A stretch of 64,000 nucleotides of DNA. Origin: the human T2T-CHM13v2.0 reference genome, Homo sapiens. The DNA lies in assembly GCF_009914755.1 (NCBI RefSeq), contig NC_060941.1. One strand, given 5' to 3'. Below, in pieces: positions 28,731-42,770 of this stretch. Numbering within the stretch: the stretch's first letter is position 1; the number at the start of each line of letters is the position of its first letter. The notes beneath the pieces were generated by a model. The model was not told the origin of the DNA. It searched no databases and saw only the letters and a program-made list of their open reading frames with translations. The position numbers and the translations under genes were made by a program.

Positions 28731-29374
28731 CTGTTTATCTGACCAAGTCGCCCTCCTGAGATGTGGATCCTTAACTCATCACCCTTCTAGAACCAGAACT
28801 CAAGTTCTTCTTTAACCTAAGGAACAAACCAAGTCCCAGAGCAGGGAAGTAAACTGGCCAGAGCAAGGCAGGCCAGGCCAGGCTCACTGGCTGCCAGGAC
28901 TGGGTGGTCTCCCACACTGGCAAGGGACCTGCATGGTCTTGGACTGGTCTCTGGGCTTTAGTACCTCACTAGTAAAACAAAGACATTGTAAGAGATGATA
29001 CCTAATCCCACTTGTAGCTCTAAAATGCTAAAAAGTAATCTCTTATTCCAAGTCCATACTCCTATAATGATGTCAGAATTCTATAAAATCTTAGAAATTG
29101 CGAAAAATGTACTTAGATTTTGATGTATGGTCCACAGCAATGGCTGATTCAGCAGGTGCAAGGTAAAAATGGGTTAGTCATATTTATTCAATAAATACTA
29201 AGTGCTCACTACACACTAGGATCAGGGAACAAGTGAGTGCATGGTCTTCCAACATACCTGAATGTTAACAAATATGAGAAACAACACATAGAAAGGTAAA
29301 TCTTGTACTTTTTACCTGATAATTAGAACAAAGGAAAATACTTCTAGCTAATCTACATTTGGTTTAGTCAGGAA

Positions 29375-29555
29375 CAAACCTTCATCTTGCACATCTCAGT
29401 CTCTTGCCTAGACTTCTCTCCTGGTCTCCAAATCTAAACGTCTCCCCCACAATGGGCCTCCAATTCAAGCCATCCAAAGCTGAATTGGTGATCTCTTTAC
29501 CCAAACCAGTTCCTGTTCCAGTGTTGCTGTCAGATTAATGAGAGCAACCCAGAAC
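29375..29555. mobile_element. L2 fragment
   Basis: ctccaaatc...ctcaattcaagcatccaaagctgaatt...cccaaaccagttcctgttccagtgtt. Confidence 0.55.
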
Positions 29556-29589
29556 AGCACACACACCAGAGCCCTCATGAGACAACTGG

Positions 29590-29971
29590 TGCTGTGATGC
29601 TAATATTTGTCCCCTCCCAAACTCATGTTGCAATTTAATTACCATTGTAACAGGATTATGAGGAAGGACCTTTAACAGATGATTAGGCTACCCTTTAAGA
29701 GATAAATGGATTAACACTGTTATCTTGGGAGCAGGTTCCTTATAAGTGGATAAGTTCAGCCCCTTTATGTCTCTCTCTCACCCTCTCTTTGCCCTTCTAC
29801 TATGTGATGTCTTCTGCTGTGGAATGACACAGCAAGAAGGCCCTTGCCAGATGCCAGCATTTTGATTTTGGACTTCCTAGCCTCCAGAACTGTAAGGAAA
29901 TACATTTCTGTTCTTTATAAATTACCCAGCATCGGGTATTTTACTATAGCAGCACACAATAGACTAAGAAA
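29590..29971 (+). mobile_element. MST-family MaLR LTR
   Basis: tgtcccctcccaaactcatgttg...ggacttcctagcctccagaactgtaag...ataaattaccca...tatagcagcac..tagactaaga. Confidence 0.88.
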
Positions 29972-30157
29972 CTTAGGATCAACCTAGACCCTTCCATGTC
30001 AAAGTGGCTCTAAGTCCTGTTCAATCTACCATTGCCAAGCACTCTAGCATCAAACCACCTGGGTTAGAGTCCCAGCTCTACTTATAATCTACCTATCTTT
30101 GGCAGATTACCCCATCTCCCTGAGCCTCAATCTTTTTTATAAGTAGGAATACTAATT

Positions 30158-30342
30158 CAGTGGTGTGCAGTTCTATGGGGAAAAGTGAATAAAACTCCGA
30201 ATTATTTTGATAGCTGTTGCCAATTTCCATGGTGTAAATACTCCCACCGTGGCCAGTTTCAAGCTACCAACATGATGTCACTGGGAAGAGATGCACAAAA
30301 TCAGCTCTCATGAGCCTCTGCAAGCTGACTCTCGCACCACAG
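30158..30342. mobile_element. MER63-like hAT-Blackjack MITE
   Basis: cagtggtgtgc ... aatactcccaccgtggccagtttcaagctaccaac ... gcaccacag. Confidence 0.65.
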
Positions 30343-32458
30343 GGACCGTGATGAGGGCAGCTGCCTCCTCCGAGATGCAGATTAACCTATCTAGGGTGCC
30401 TTGTAGTAGGCATCAGAGAGGGCATTTTGCAGGGAGGTTCATGGCTAAACTAAGGTGGCATTTTCTGGGGGATTTTGTGGGGTTTTTAGCATAATAAAGT
30501 GTCAAGCAATAAGGTGAAATTTTAAATGGCAAGATGAAAAAAGCAACTTTGATTATTGAGACAGAATGGTGGAAAAAGCATTTTTCCAGGAGTCAGGAGA
30601 TCTGGAGACTGGAATTGCTGTGTGACCCTAGGTCAATCACCTTCCCTCTCGGAACCTATTCCTTCCACCATAATGTGAGAAGGCAGGATTCAGCTGTTCT
30701 GACGTCTCTGATGTTTGAAGAATCCACACAGTCCTTCAATTAAACCTCTCCTGAGGCACTTAAAATCTCCCTCTTCTCGTGACTTAGGACTTTGTCCTTC
30801 CAGGTCCCTGATGGCACAGTGAACTCCATGAGGCCAGGGATCATGGATTTCTCACCCTGTGTACCTTCAAGCATCCTGCCTGGTGCCCTGCACATACTGG
30901 CACTCAGAGAACTAGATGAAATGGAACTTATTTTTACAGGTGGCTATCAAATCCCGGGCACCCTGGCTTTCCCGCTGACATGATGACACCTACTGGTCTT
31001 AGCAAAAACAGCAACTTCTTGATTCCACTACCTAAGAGCTAGATGGGGATTGAGGAGCTGATAAAAACAGCATGTGGTCTTGTGGTATATTTAATTAAGG
31101 GAGTGTGTGCATGTTGGACACATAATAGATTCTCAATAAATATTTTTTGAATCAGCAAAAAGGCAGTCTCTAACATTCTCTGAGTGCTTTTCTGTTTCTC
31201 TCTCTCTCTCTTTCTTTCTCTCTCTCTCTTTCTCTTATTTTCTGAGTCTTTGTCTGTGCCTCCCACGGGGAATGGTGGAAGTCATAACCAGATCTGCAAA
31301 AGAAAAGTAGTAAAAGTCACATGGAATAGCACTTTTTCCATTTCCATGGTGCTTTTTAATGACGTTGAAGTTTGCTTCTCAGAACCAGAGGGGAGGACGG
31401 TATTTCCACAAGAGCACAGCAGAGACTAGAAGCAAGTGAATGCTGTCAGCAGAAGACCCCAGGCTTGGTGGCCTCCCAAGCCTTCAGGGCAGCATCCTCA
31501 GCAGGGCAACTTAATGTGCATGTTCTCCTGAATGTTATCCTCCTAGAAATTTCATAATCAAGGACTATGCCTTTCTCACAAAATTTCCTTCCATATATAC
31601 GAGGAAACTAAGAAAGCCAATCACTTTGTCCCCTTAAAGGTCTCAAGAAAAAGGAGTTCTAACATCTCCAGGCCTTGAACCCACTGTCAGATGGGTTTCT
31701 CTGTACCTGGCCTATTTCAGTGATTACAGCCTCCTCATGTCTCAGGATGTTGGGGGGACAAGAGGGGCACCTCAGCCCCACAGAGATCCCAGTACCACCC
31801 TTGAGAATCAGAGTAAACCTGAATGGGATGGGAGTCAGTAGTGGGCATGTTCTAATAGTTCCCCAGGTTGGGCATCACTGGGTCTGAGCACCATTCCTGC
31901 GGGACCCTGCCCATGGCTTGCCAGCAAAAGCCAGATGGTTTCCCCAGGACCCCACCCCATCCTATGCCTTCATCTGTCTCTGCAAATGAAATAAGCCTTG
32001 GTCCTTTTGGGGATTGGGAAAAGGGACATGACACAGAGGCACCCCTTCTTCATGTACCTTCTTTAAAGTGAGGAAAATGCTCAGAAGCTAGAAGCTCCTC
32101 ACATCCCGTGAGTTAGAACCACATCCTTGGGCCCCTTCTAACTACATCACTGACTAGAGGGGTGGGGCTCCCACAGTTGGCTGAGGCCGATCACAGGCCC
32201 CTTCCTGGGACTGGGGCTGGGTCAGGCCTCCCTGAAGCACAAGGATCCCAGTACCAGAACCAAATTGGGGTTCTGTTCTCAAGCAAGAAAGGGAGAGGAC
32301 GGGCAACCAACTGTGTCTTCCACAAAGAGTAATTAGATCTAAGGAAAAGACTCGGTGAAAGAACCATGCAAAATCCTCCCAAATGAACTACTAATGTGAG
32401 CTCACAGGCAGAGTGGGGAAGCAGTCTTCTGGGAGTCTCTTAAAACTGGTCTATCTAA

Positions 32459-32730
32459 GCCAGGCACGGTGGCTCACGCCTGTAATCTCAGCACTCTGGG
32501 AGGCCAAGGCGGGTGGATCACGAGGTCGGGAGATCAAGACCATCCTGGCTAACATGGTGAAACCCTGTCTCTACTAAAACTACATAAAATTAGCCGGGCA
32601 TGGTGGCAGGCACCTGTAGTCCCAAGCTACTTGGAAGGCTGAGGCAGGAGAATGGCGTGAACCTGGGAGGTGGAGCTTGCAGTAAGCGGAGAGAGAGCAA
32701 GACTCCGTCTCAAAAAAAAAAACAACAAAA
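32459..32730 (+). mobile_element. AluY-like with right-arm deletion, 15-bp TSD
   Basis: Y-type phrases accatcctggctaac, gagaatggcgtgaacc, ggagcttgcag; TSD aaaactggtctatct at 32442-32456 and 32731-32745. Confidence 0.93.
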
Positions 32731-32984
32731 AAAACTGGTCTATCTCTCCCCATCCCCAAGAAGAAAAAATTATTAAAAAAAAAAAAAAAAAAAAACAGAA
32801 CTCAGAGCAATCTGTCCAAACCCCAAAGAACATGTGATTGGATATTTCTAAAGGAGAGAGGACAGCTGTTGGCCCTATTTAGCCACTCTTTTCCCAGAAT
32901 CTCCTGACCCGGTGCCTCCTATGGCCTGGGCAAGGATACTGTGATACAACCGGTGTCTTCTCAGATGTCCTCATAAAATGTCTT

Positions 32985-33225
32985 CCATCCATCCTTCCAT
33001 TCATTCATCCATCCATCCATTATTCCATTCATCTACCCATCTGTCCAGCTATCCAGCCAGCCTTCCATCCATCTATCCATCTATTCAGCCAGCCAGCCTT
33101 CCGCCCATCCATTCGTTCATCCATCCATCCACCCATCTATCCAGCTATCCAGCCAGCCTTCCATCCATCTATCCATCCAGCCAGGCTTCCACTTCTCCAT
33201 TCATCCATCCATTCAACCATCCATC
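32985..33225. repeat. Degenerate (TCCA)n simple repeat
   Basis: ccat/ccag/tcat tetramers with a higher-order duplication. Confidence 0.9.
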
Positions 33226-33660
33226 CACTTACTCAGTGATAATCATCGAGTACCTACCCTGTGTACACTGAGCCAGGCAACTGAAATTCAAGAGAACAAG
33301 CAGGACAGAAAAAACTGCTCTCAAGCAGGCAGCATTTTGATGGAAGGAGACCAGTAAAGTAAGCAATCAACAAATAAGATGATTTAGGCTGGTGCTAAAT
33401 CTCTGAAGGAAATAAGCAGTGGAAGGTGATAGACTTTCGGGTAGGAGTGGGCTCAGGGAGGGCCTTTGTGGGGGTTAGGGGGTGGGCAGCATCTGGGGCA
33501 AGACAGGAAGGAGGAGGAGACCTGGTGATAACATTCAGGAAGGAAGTGCAAGTGGAAAGGCCTGGGGCAGGAAGGGGCTCGAAGAGCCCAGAGGAGGCCT
33601 ATGTGGCTGGTGGCAATGGGAAGTAGGGGGAGGAGGTCAGAGGGGCCGGACCATGTGGCA
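33226..33660 (-). mobile_element. L2 fragment
   Basis: gagtacctaccctgtgtac...ctctcaagcag...ggtgctaaatctctgaaggaaataagcag...tcagggaggcct. Confidence 0.7.
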
Positions 33661-35825
33661 ACCTAGCTGGGGGAGGCAGGGGTGGTATCCCCAGTGTTAC
33701 GAGGGCTCTCCAGGGCTACTCCAGCTGTGCGCGGTTTCCACCTCTGCAGCTGGTATTCCAGTCAGGGGAATGGGGACAAGGCTGGGATGGGGGATGGGGA
33801 CCAGGGTCAAGAACAAAACGTGGTGCTGTTCACTATGATTAATTAACCCAGCACCAGAGCCCCGAGCCGCGGTGCTAAAAATACCTGCTTCCCTCTGAGA
33901 TGCGGCAGCTGCCACGCAGCAACTTTTACCCACGCCGTTTGTCATAATCTGACACTGCTAAGGAGTGTCCACAGGGCCGTGCGTCTGCAAGAATCGGACT
34001 CATCCGCAGTCCACCAGCCAGCTGGTCCTCGGAAACCATCCACGGCGCTGTCCTACCTTCACTCTCCTCCCATCCCTGAGCCCAGCCAATGTGCCTACCA
34101 CCTGCCACTGCCTGCCGGTTCGCAGCTCCTCCTGGAACCGAGCGGACCACCCCCAGAGGTGGGAGCCAAAGCTTCCTCGAGAGCAGGAGGAGCGCATCGC
34201 TGGATGCCATGTTTCACACTCTGCAACTCCGCAACTCGGATTGGAGCCATCCATCAGAGGCCCTGCCAGCCCAGGGCGGCACTTTAATTAAAATATGTAA
34301 AACATCCTGGTGGGAGTGGAGCTGAAGACACAGGAGCAGGCCTTAGACACAAGCTGGCCCTTCTCCAGCCTGGGAGGGCTAGGACTGTGCCAGGAAGGCC
34401 CTCCGAAGCAGTCTGGGGGAGTGGTGATGTCTAATATGCACCAGCAGCCACTCCACTAAGCACAGAACTTAGCCAGGGCAAGAACATCTGCTTGAAAGAA
34501 AGCCACACCAGGTCCCCAGGCCAGCACGATGACCCTGAGAGCATGCTGGGAAGGACTTGGCATCACATCAGTTGTCAGTCTTAGGGGTGGGAATGTTCTA
34601 TTCCCACTCTCAATTTTCTAAAGGACACATTGTGACGCTGATACCTGGACATTTATACAAACTCTTTAGCAAATCCATTTCCATTTCCCAGACAAATCAA
34701 CTCCCCAAGTTCACTATTTGTTCAGACTTTGCTTTCTATGTTGAGAGGAAGCGTGGCAGCAGCTGCATTGTTTAGGGCAGGGGTGAGACAACTCTTTTGC
34801 ACGGTTTGCGCAATATCAGAAAAAAATGTCTAGGCCAATTTTTTCAAACCAACTTTTAAAATATCATGAGATGCAATATTTAAAACTTGTTTTAAGCATC
34901 CTTTAAATTTATTTCCCCTATTATTGAAGGACTTTGTGATTGTTACTGAAACATCAGAACCTGAAGAGGCATGGTATGCTGCAGTCTCACTCTGCACTTT
35001 AGGCCTGCAGCACATTTTCTGGGCAATGACATAGATTGTGTGTAGCGCTGAGGGATTTGGTGTTGGGGAAGCAAACTGGACTCTGAGCCCAGCCAGAGAC
35101 CAGGGACAAAGAAAAGCCCCATTAGGAGTTCCTGGTTCTGGTAGAGCAAGGGGTCGGGGGACTGTTTGGAAGCCTGTCTCGGTGGGGACAAGAGGCATTG
35201 CTGCAGGAGGCGATGGGTACCAAGCACAGCAGGGTGAGGAGAGATGCCCACGGGCTCTAAAATAAGCCTGCACACAGACAAGCTACTGCTCCCATCAGCC
35301 CGCACCCCTCCAACCAGCGACAACTTCCTCAGGGCAGAGCCAGAGCCACTGTCTGCATGTGGGGGTGTCAGGCTGAATTACGTGAGCTTAAAAACCAAAT
35401 CCCCTCCTTCCTGGGTTACTTAACTGTCTGCCTGGCAAGGCTGGGAGACTACTGGTGACAGACACCAGGGCCTGCCTGGCTGCTCCAGACAGAGAAGCTT
35501 TGATCACCTGGAAAACTCCAGACACCAGGCCTCCTAATGATGAGTAATGAGCTCAAACCATCCGAAAGTTACCCTGCACCATGCACGGGGGACATGCACA
35601 GCTTCCACAGAAGCCTGGTGCAGGAAGCCAGTGCCCAGTCATCTAGTGTCCTAAGACAGAGTTTGACCCTGACTCCCACGCCACCCACCCCAGCCCCACC
35701 CAGAGTCTTGCCAGTTTGTTGATAAAGCAGGGAAGATTGTAAGCTCTGGGCACTTGCCTGTTCCAAGGGTTGATCTGGGGTCTAAAGGCCAGAATTTATC
35801 TTTATATTCAAGAATACAGCCTCCT

Positions 35826-36070
35826 CATTTGTTCATTCATTCATTCACTCATTCACATATTCAACACACATTTACTGAATGACTAAGACAAGCCAGGCAC
35901 GGTGCTGAATGCTTAGGATAGAAGACACTCAAATGAGGCTTCTGTCCTGAGGGGATTTGCCATCTCCCATGGAGATAGCCTGCAAGTCCAGCATCACAAG
36001 ACTCTGTGATAAGGAGCCTGACAGACTTGGCTACAGGGTGTTAAGATAGTCCAGAGGAGGGGCCTCTAAA
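35826..36070 (-). mobile_element. L2 3' end
   Basis: cattcattcattcactcattc...catttactgaatgact...gccaggcacggtgct. Confidence 0.75.
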
Positions 36071-36432
36071 TTAGAGTGTCCCTTCCTTCTGGCAGTGAGA
36101 ATAGGAGCAGGATGGGATGGAATTCAAATATTCCGGGTCCTTCTAGTCTAGGATCCTAGGCCTAGGTCCTTCCAGGCTATTTGAGCCTGTGAGAATCCCC
36201 AGTCTCAAGCTGTACCTGCATCACTTCATCTGGGATTTCCTTCTGCTCTGATGTTGGCTGGAAATATGTTAACCTTGAGTTCCCCTTTTGGCTTCATGGT
36301 AACTTAAGCCCACTGTGTCTTAAACTTTGACATACATTAGAATCATCTTGGGAGAGTGTTAAAATATCATTTTTAAGTTCTGAGTCCCACTCCAAAGAGA
36401 TTCTAATTCAGAAGGCCTTGGGAGACTGAAAT

Positions 36433-36685
36433 TAGGGTGATCAACCATCTTTTTTTTTTTAATAGGCCAGGTCTCACTATATTACCTAGGCTGGTCTCGA
36501 ACTCCTGGGCTCAAACAATCCTTATGCCTTGGCCTCCCAAAGTGCTGGGATTACAGGCATGAGCCACTGCACCTAGCCGATCAACCATCTTGATTTACCC
36601 AGAACCAACATGGTTTCCCAGATATGAGACTTTCCATTTTAAAACTGGGACAGTCCCAGGAAAACTGAACAGGTTGGTCACCCTA
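36433..36685. mobile_element. MER81-like MITE containing an Alu monomer (FLAM-like, minus strand, 36451-36578)
   Basis: TIRs tagggtgatcaacc / ggttggtcacccta; monomer flanked by TSD gatcaaccatctt. Confidence 0.85.
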
Positions 36686-36694
36686 GCTAGGGCA

Positions 36695-37255
36695 GATGCT
36701 GTCCATCCTTGCCCAGTGGCATTCCTTTCTTCCTTGAATTATAGATTCCCAATTTTGATGATGCAGTAACATGTTTAAGGAAGTTGAGCCTTCACCCAGA
36801 CCCAGGTGGTAAACCTAGGTGCATTCAGTAATTCCATTCCCTGTTGCTATTGGTTTACTTAAGGTAGGCCTGTGATTCACTTCTGGCCGAGAAGTTGTTA
36901 AAAGAAAACTTATGAAAAAATATTGTCCCTGAAGTTTAGAAGTGGGACTGAGAGGGAGGGAGAAGGAGAGATGCCTGCTCTTTCTTCTGCCTTGGATGCA
37001 GTTGTGTGATAACATGATGGTTGGAACTGTGGCAGCCATTTTGCAATCCTGAGGAAAACCTAAGGATGAAAATTCAGCTGTGCTAAGGACGAACAACTAG
37101 AATAAAAAGAGCCTCCACTGTTTAATAATAATATCATTGATACTCTATACCAAACCTGAAATTACCTACCTCCAATATAATTGATATGTGATTAAATGTC
37201 TTTCTTGATCAAACAACTGTTGTCTGATATTCTGTTAATTTTCTGCCAAACACAT
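36695..37255. mobile_element. ERVL-class LTR (LTR33-like)
   Basis: attccattccctgttgctattggttt..., ggaactgtggcagccattttgcaatcctgagg, tattctgttaa. Confidence 0.6.
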
Positions 37256-37340
37256 CATGATTATTACAAAAGGCCTAGAAATCAACATTTTTAATAAGAT
37301 CCCCGAAATCATTCTGATGCCCTCCATTGAGCTAGCTAAT

Positions 37341-37530
37341 CCAGTGATTCTCAAAATGTGGTCCTCAGACCAGCAGCATCAGCATCCCCTGGGAACTTGC
37401 TGGAAATGCACATTCTCAGGCCCCCCCAGACCTTCTGAATTAGAAACTCTGGGAGTTTCTGGGGCCCGTCAGTCTGTGTTTTAACAAGCCCTCCAGATGA
37501 TTCTGACAATTGCTAAATTTGAAGAATCGA
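37341..37530. mobile_element. MER5A
   Basis: cagtgattctcaaaatgtggtcc..ccagcagcatcagcatc..gaaatgcacattctcaggcccc..ttttaacaagccctccagatgattctga. Confidence 0.9.
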
Positions 37531-38158
37531 GCTAATCAATACCTGAGACTCTCTGAGTAGTATCAGATCTGAGAAACTTCTGGATGGAACTTTTCATCTT
37601 AACCCAGGTCTCAGTTGTTTCTTTATATTGCTTGGGAAATAAAGCAGGATGTCTTCTCACCTTCTGTGATTTTTCTCCTTCCTCCTCAGGCCTTTCCCCA
37701 GTTAATCTTGCATTAGTTGGATGCTTTGACCAGATTTCCTGGCCTGTGTTATTTAACAGCATGTAGTGACAGGGCAGGGAGGCAGTTCTTTGCAGTCAGG
37801 CCTGGCCAGGGCAGGAGGTAAACTTGGTCAACCTAGCAGTTAAGGAGAGTGCATGGCAATGCCCCTGGCCCAGTAACCCTGGGTGAGTGTTTATACCCTT
37901 CACCAATACTCAACTCATCAGACTTTGCATTACATGGCAGCCAGCCTGGGAGGAGAAGAGGGGAGGCCCAGGCAGCAACTTCTCTTCCTTCCTAGGGAAG
38001 CCTTGCCTTGGCTGGCCTTTTATACTCCAGGCAGTCCCCTACTTCTCAACATAATGAGTTACTCCAAACCCCGGTAGTAGTCTAAAGGCAAAAACTGAAA
38101 AATAGACTCCATGTGGCAAGGGGAATCCATTCTCAGTTCACTAAAAAAGGAAGTTACA

Positions 38159-38471
<313 letters not shown>

Positions 38472-39750
38472 TTATAAAATCCCTAATTACACCTCTTCTT
38501 TGGAATATTTCCTCAAAAATAATTTTCAGTATTTCACATGTGCTCCTGAATCTTCCTCTTTACAACTGAGCACACTGTCAAAGGATCATCCAATGAGCAT
38601 CACATTGTGAATAATCATTTATTTTTTAAAAATATATGAATTCTCACCCTTAAAGCATTTTCTATGTGCCAGACACAGGGACTTTATGTGCATCATGTTT
38701 TGAAGTCAAGAGCCACCAGCCCAGGCATGCCTGCCAAGGCTCACCTTTGTCCGGGTGAAATTAGGTTGATGAGTCCTATTACAGCAGCTTTATTTTGTCC
38801 ATCTCCCACTCAAATGTATCAGATAAAGCCAAATGCCATAAAATATTCAAACACGACCCACTTCTGCTGTGTGATGCAAGCTGGCAAGACTGCCAACAAG
38901 GACCCACTGGCCTGCAGTGCCCCTGGGTAGCTGAGAGTGCTGTCCGTCAGCTAAGGTTCTGAAAACCAAATTCAGCTTTCAATGGTTTTGAAGTGTGTTA
39001 TCAGAAAGTGAGGGCTGTACCAAAGTTCCGCCTTGCCTCTCTAGTCAGGGGGTCTGTGGATCTCTGACTCCCACTGCCATGGGTCTTGTCTTGGGCGCAC
39101 CTCTCAGAGGGCCCCTCCAGCCACCCTTGTTTACAGTCTACCAACAAGTAAGGCTGCTTCCAGGAGCAGGGCCCCCTGGTGCTCAGGTCTTGCTCACACT
39201 CACAGGCAGACACACTTCCAGCTCTTGGGTGGTCACTGGCCCACACACTTCAGTGGTCGAGCTAACTCATGATTCATACTTTTCTTGGCCATCATCATTT
39301 GGTCATTATTATAACCAAGGCCTAGATGCCAAATGGTCCCGCTCGTACAATAGTTGAGATACGCAGTAAAGTCAGAAAAGGCCACTAAGCAGGAAAAACC
39401 ATTTAAGGCTATGTGATGGTCATGCTGTTAAGGGGAGGCAATTTGGAGAGTCAGCCTGAGAGCAAGGCAAAAAGACCCAACCACTGCCGAGCCTGACTTT
39501 GGTTTTTCAACCAAGCCATGGGAGGCAAGCAGGCTGTCTCCTTGTCTCCTCCCACCCCCTGAATGTCCTCTGGTAGCCAGGTAGATGCCCACCTCATGCC
39601 CTTTTACCTCTGGTTTCTGTGCTGGGAGCATCTCAGCTGCTTCCTGCCAGCTACAGAAACACTTTTTTGCCATAAAGCCAGTCACTTCCCCCGATCCTAG
39701 ACCCTGTCAACCCATAGAATGAGGTAAAAAGCCCCAAGGAAGACTTTTGA

Positions 39751-40080
<330 letters not shown>

Positions 40081-41573
40081 TAAAGCCTCCTTCATTTGAT
40101 TCCTAGCACTGGGGTTGGGGAGGGGTCAAAGTGATCCCATAGGTTGAAGATGACAGGTCAGCAGGGGTTGGCCAAGGCTCTGGAGGTTGTTACTTTTCAG
40201 ACACAGTGTTCCGGGGAGCAGTTAAAAGGCTGGTCTTTGGGAGAGGTGTAAACTGTAAAATCCTGCTAGGCTGGGGTTCCAGTCAAAGCCCATGAGCAGG
40301 CAACAAGATGCTCAGGCCCCCTCCCGAGACACACCACCTCCAGGTAACAAAGCCTTCAGGAATCAATCAACGGCTGCAGGATGCACCATTCTGTCTGAGC
40401 GGCTCCCTTTTCTCCCTCTGCTCTTGCCGCGGGAGGTCAGAGTTCACATCAAATGTCATTAATCTTCTTCCTGGGGGCTGGGGGCTTATTGGACAGTCCT
40501 ATTAATCAGAGGCCTGTCACACCCACAGCCTGGCTGGGTCGCCATTGTCCTGTTCCTCACCTATCATAGAAAGATTAGATTATCAGTGACAACTGAGACA
40601 CCCTTTGAGTCACAGGAAAGCTGGAGATTGGGGTTGCTTTTATTTTTTTTATATATCCTCCTGATTTGAGGATGAGCTGTTTATTGTCTTGTCACACTGC
40701 ATCCTTTTCTTCAAAGAATCAGCTTTAAGAATCCAGTTTGTCAAACTGGACAATCACTGGCAAATCCAAAAAAAAAAAACCCTCAGTGACTTTATCAAAA
40801 AAGGTAAAATAAAGCAGAAGGTTTTAAATGGGTCCTGAAAGGATTAGAAAATAAGTTGCATTTGACAACAATTAATCTCTGAAAAGCAGGAGCTTTGTAA
40901 AAAGGAACAGGCAGAAATGTGGGTTCTGGGGTTCCACACAATGGGGATGTGTCCATTCCCTGTGCGCCCGTCCCTCTTCCAGAGTGGAGTCCAGTGGGGA
41001 CCTGGGGCTGCAAAGGCATGAGAGACCGACCTTCCAAGCTTCCTCCTAACTCTCTACCCGCCAGTGTCAACAGCAGCAGCAACAACAAAACAGAACAGAA
41101 CGAAAACACCAGGGCAGAGCAGCGCAAAGACCTCAGCCCTCCGGGTCTCCCAATTGTGTGACAGACTCAGTCACCCAGCAGGTACTGGGACCACCTATAG
41201 AGGCCCTGTGGGGGTCATAAGTGAAGGGGACACTTCTAATCCCTTTGAAGCGTAGAGACCACGGGGAGCACATGAAACACCTAAGTCAACTTAGATGGGA
41301 GCAGGGCCTTGGAGAACGTGGACTCACGGGGCTACAAATGGAGATGCCTCAAGGGCCCAGGAAAGAATGTAAACCAGGGAAGCAGGCTGTGGGAAACCCA
41401 CTGGGAGTGGTGAGGACTCCAGCAAGAGAGTGCTCCGCACGAGCCTGCCTACAGGGGTGCAATGACCATTCCCTCTCACCGCACTGTGGGAAGGGGAGCT
41501 CCAATCCCCCAGATCTTTCCGGTTTCATGAGATTCCGGAGACTCAGGTTTGTATGTTAATACTCTGTATTTTA

Positions 41574-42084
<511 letters not shown>

Positions 42085-42439
42085 TTAGACTCCCAGCCCA
42101 GCGCTCTATGCTCCAGATCTGAATACAGAAACACATATGTGACCAATTAGTATTAATAGATAAGCTCATTGGAGGGCAATAAAAGGGTAAGAATGAAGAG
42201 AAAAGCCTTGATTTCACACCTTCACTGTGAAAGCAGAGAAGAGACCAAATTGGACAAGGCCCAAGTGATTATTGCTGTACCTTTGATATCATAGGCATTT
42301 AATTTTTCTACCTAAAAAACTAGCCCTGGGTGCTTCTCTGTGTGGGTGCTATAGCAGCCGGGGCAGGGGGACAGGGAGTGCTGCTCTGTGGCCCTCCAGT
42401 TATGCTGTGGGCTGCCAGCTCTGTGGAGGTGTGTTACCC

Positions 42440-42770
42440 ACTTGGCCATAGTCAAACACTGGAGCTGGGGAGCCAAACTACCTTTTCAAATCCACTCTCT
42501 GCCACTTACTAACTGTGTGACTTCAGACAAGTTACTCAACTTCTCTGAGCTTTAGTTTTCTTATTTCAGAAATGGGGATAATAATATCTACCTCAGAAGA
42601 TTGTTGTGAAGATTAAAACTAGCATAGAACGAGTGAGCTGTGATTGTGCCACTATACTGTAGCCTGGACAACAGAGCAAGACCCATCTCTAAAAAAATAA
42701 TAATACATAAAAATAAATAAAAGTAGCATAAAACAGAGCCTGTCCCAGAGCAAGTGTTCTATAAATTGTT
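42440..42770. mobile_element. MIR interrupted by an Alu 3' fragment (about 42630-42720)
   Basis: ctgccacttactaactgtgtgacttcagacaagttactcaacttctctgagc...; Alu end gtgagctgtgattgtgccact..; tagcata repeated at the flanks. Confidence 0.85.

Larger units (their letters stand above)
36310..37325. mobile_element. MER5-like element split by nested insertions
   Basis: acattagaatcatcttggg...agagattctaattcagaagg at 36335-36420 resumes as aggcctagaaatcaacatttttaataag...attctgatgc at 37271-37320. Confidence 0.6.
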
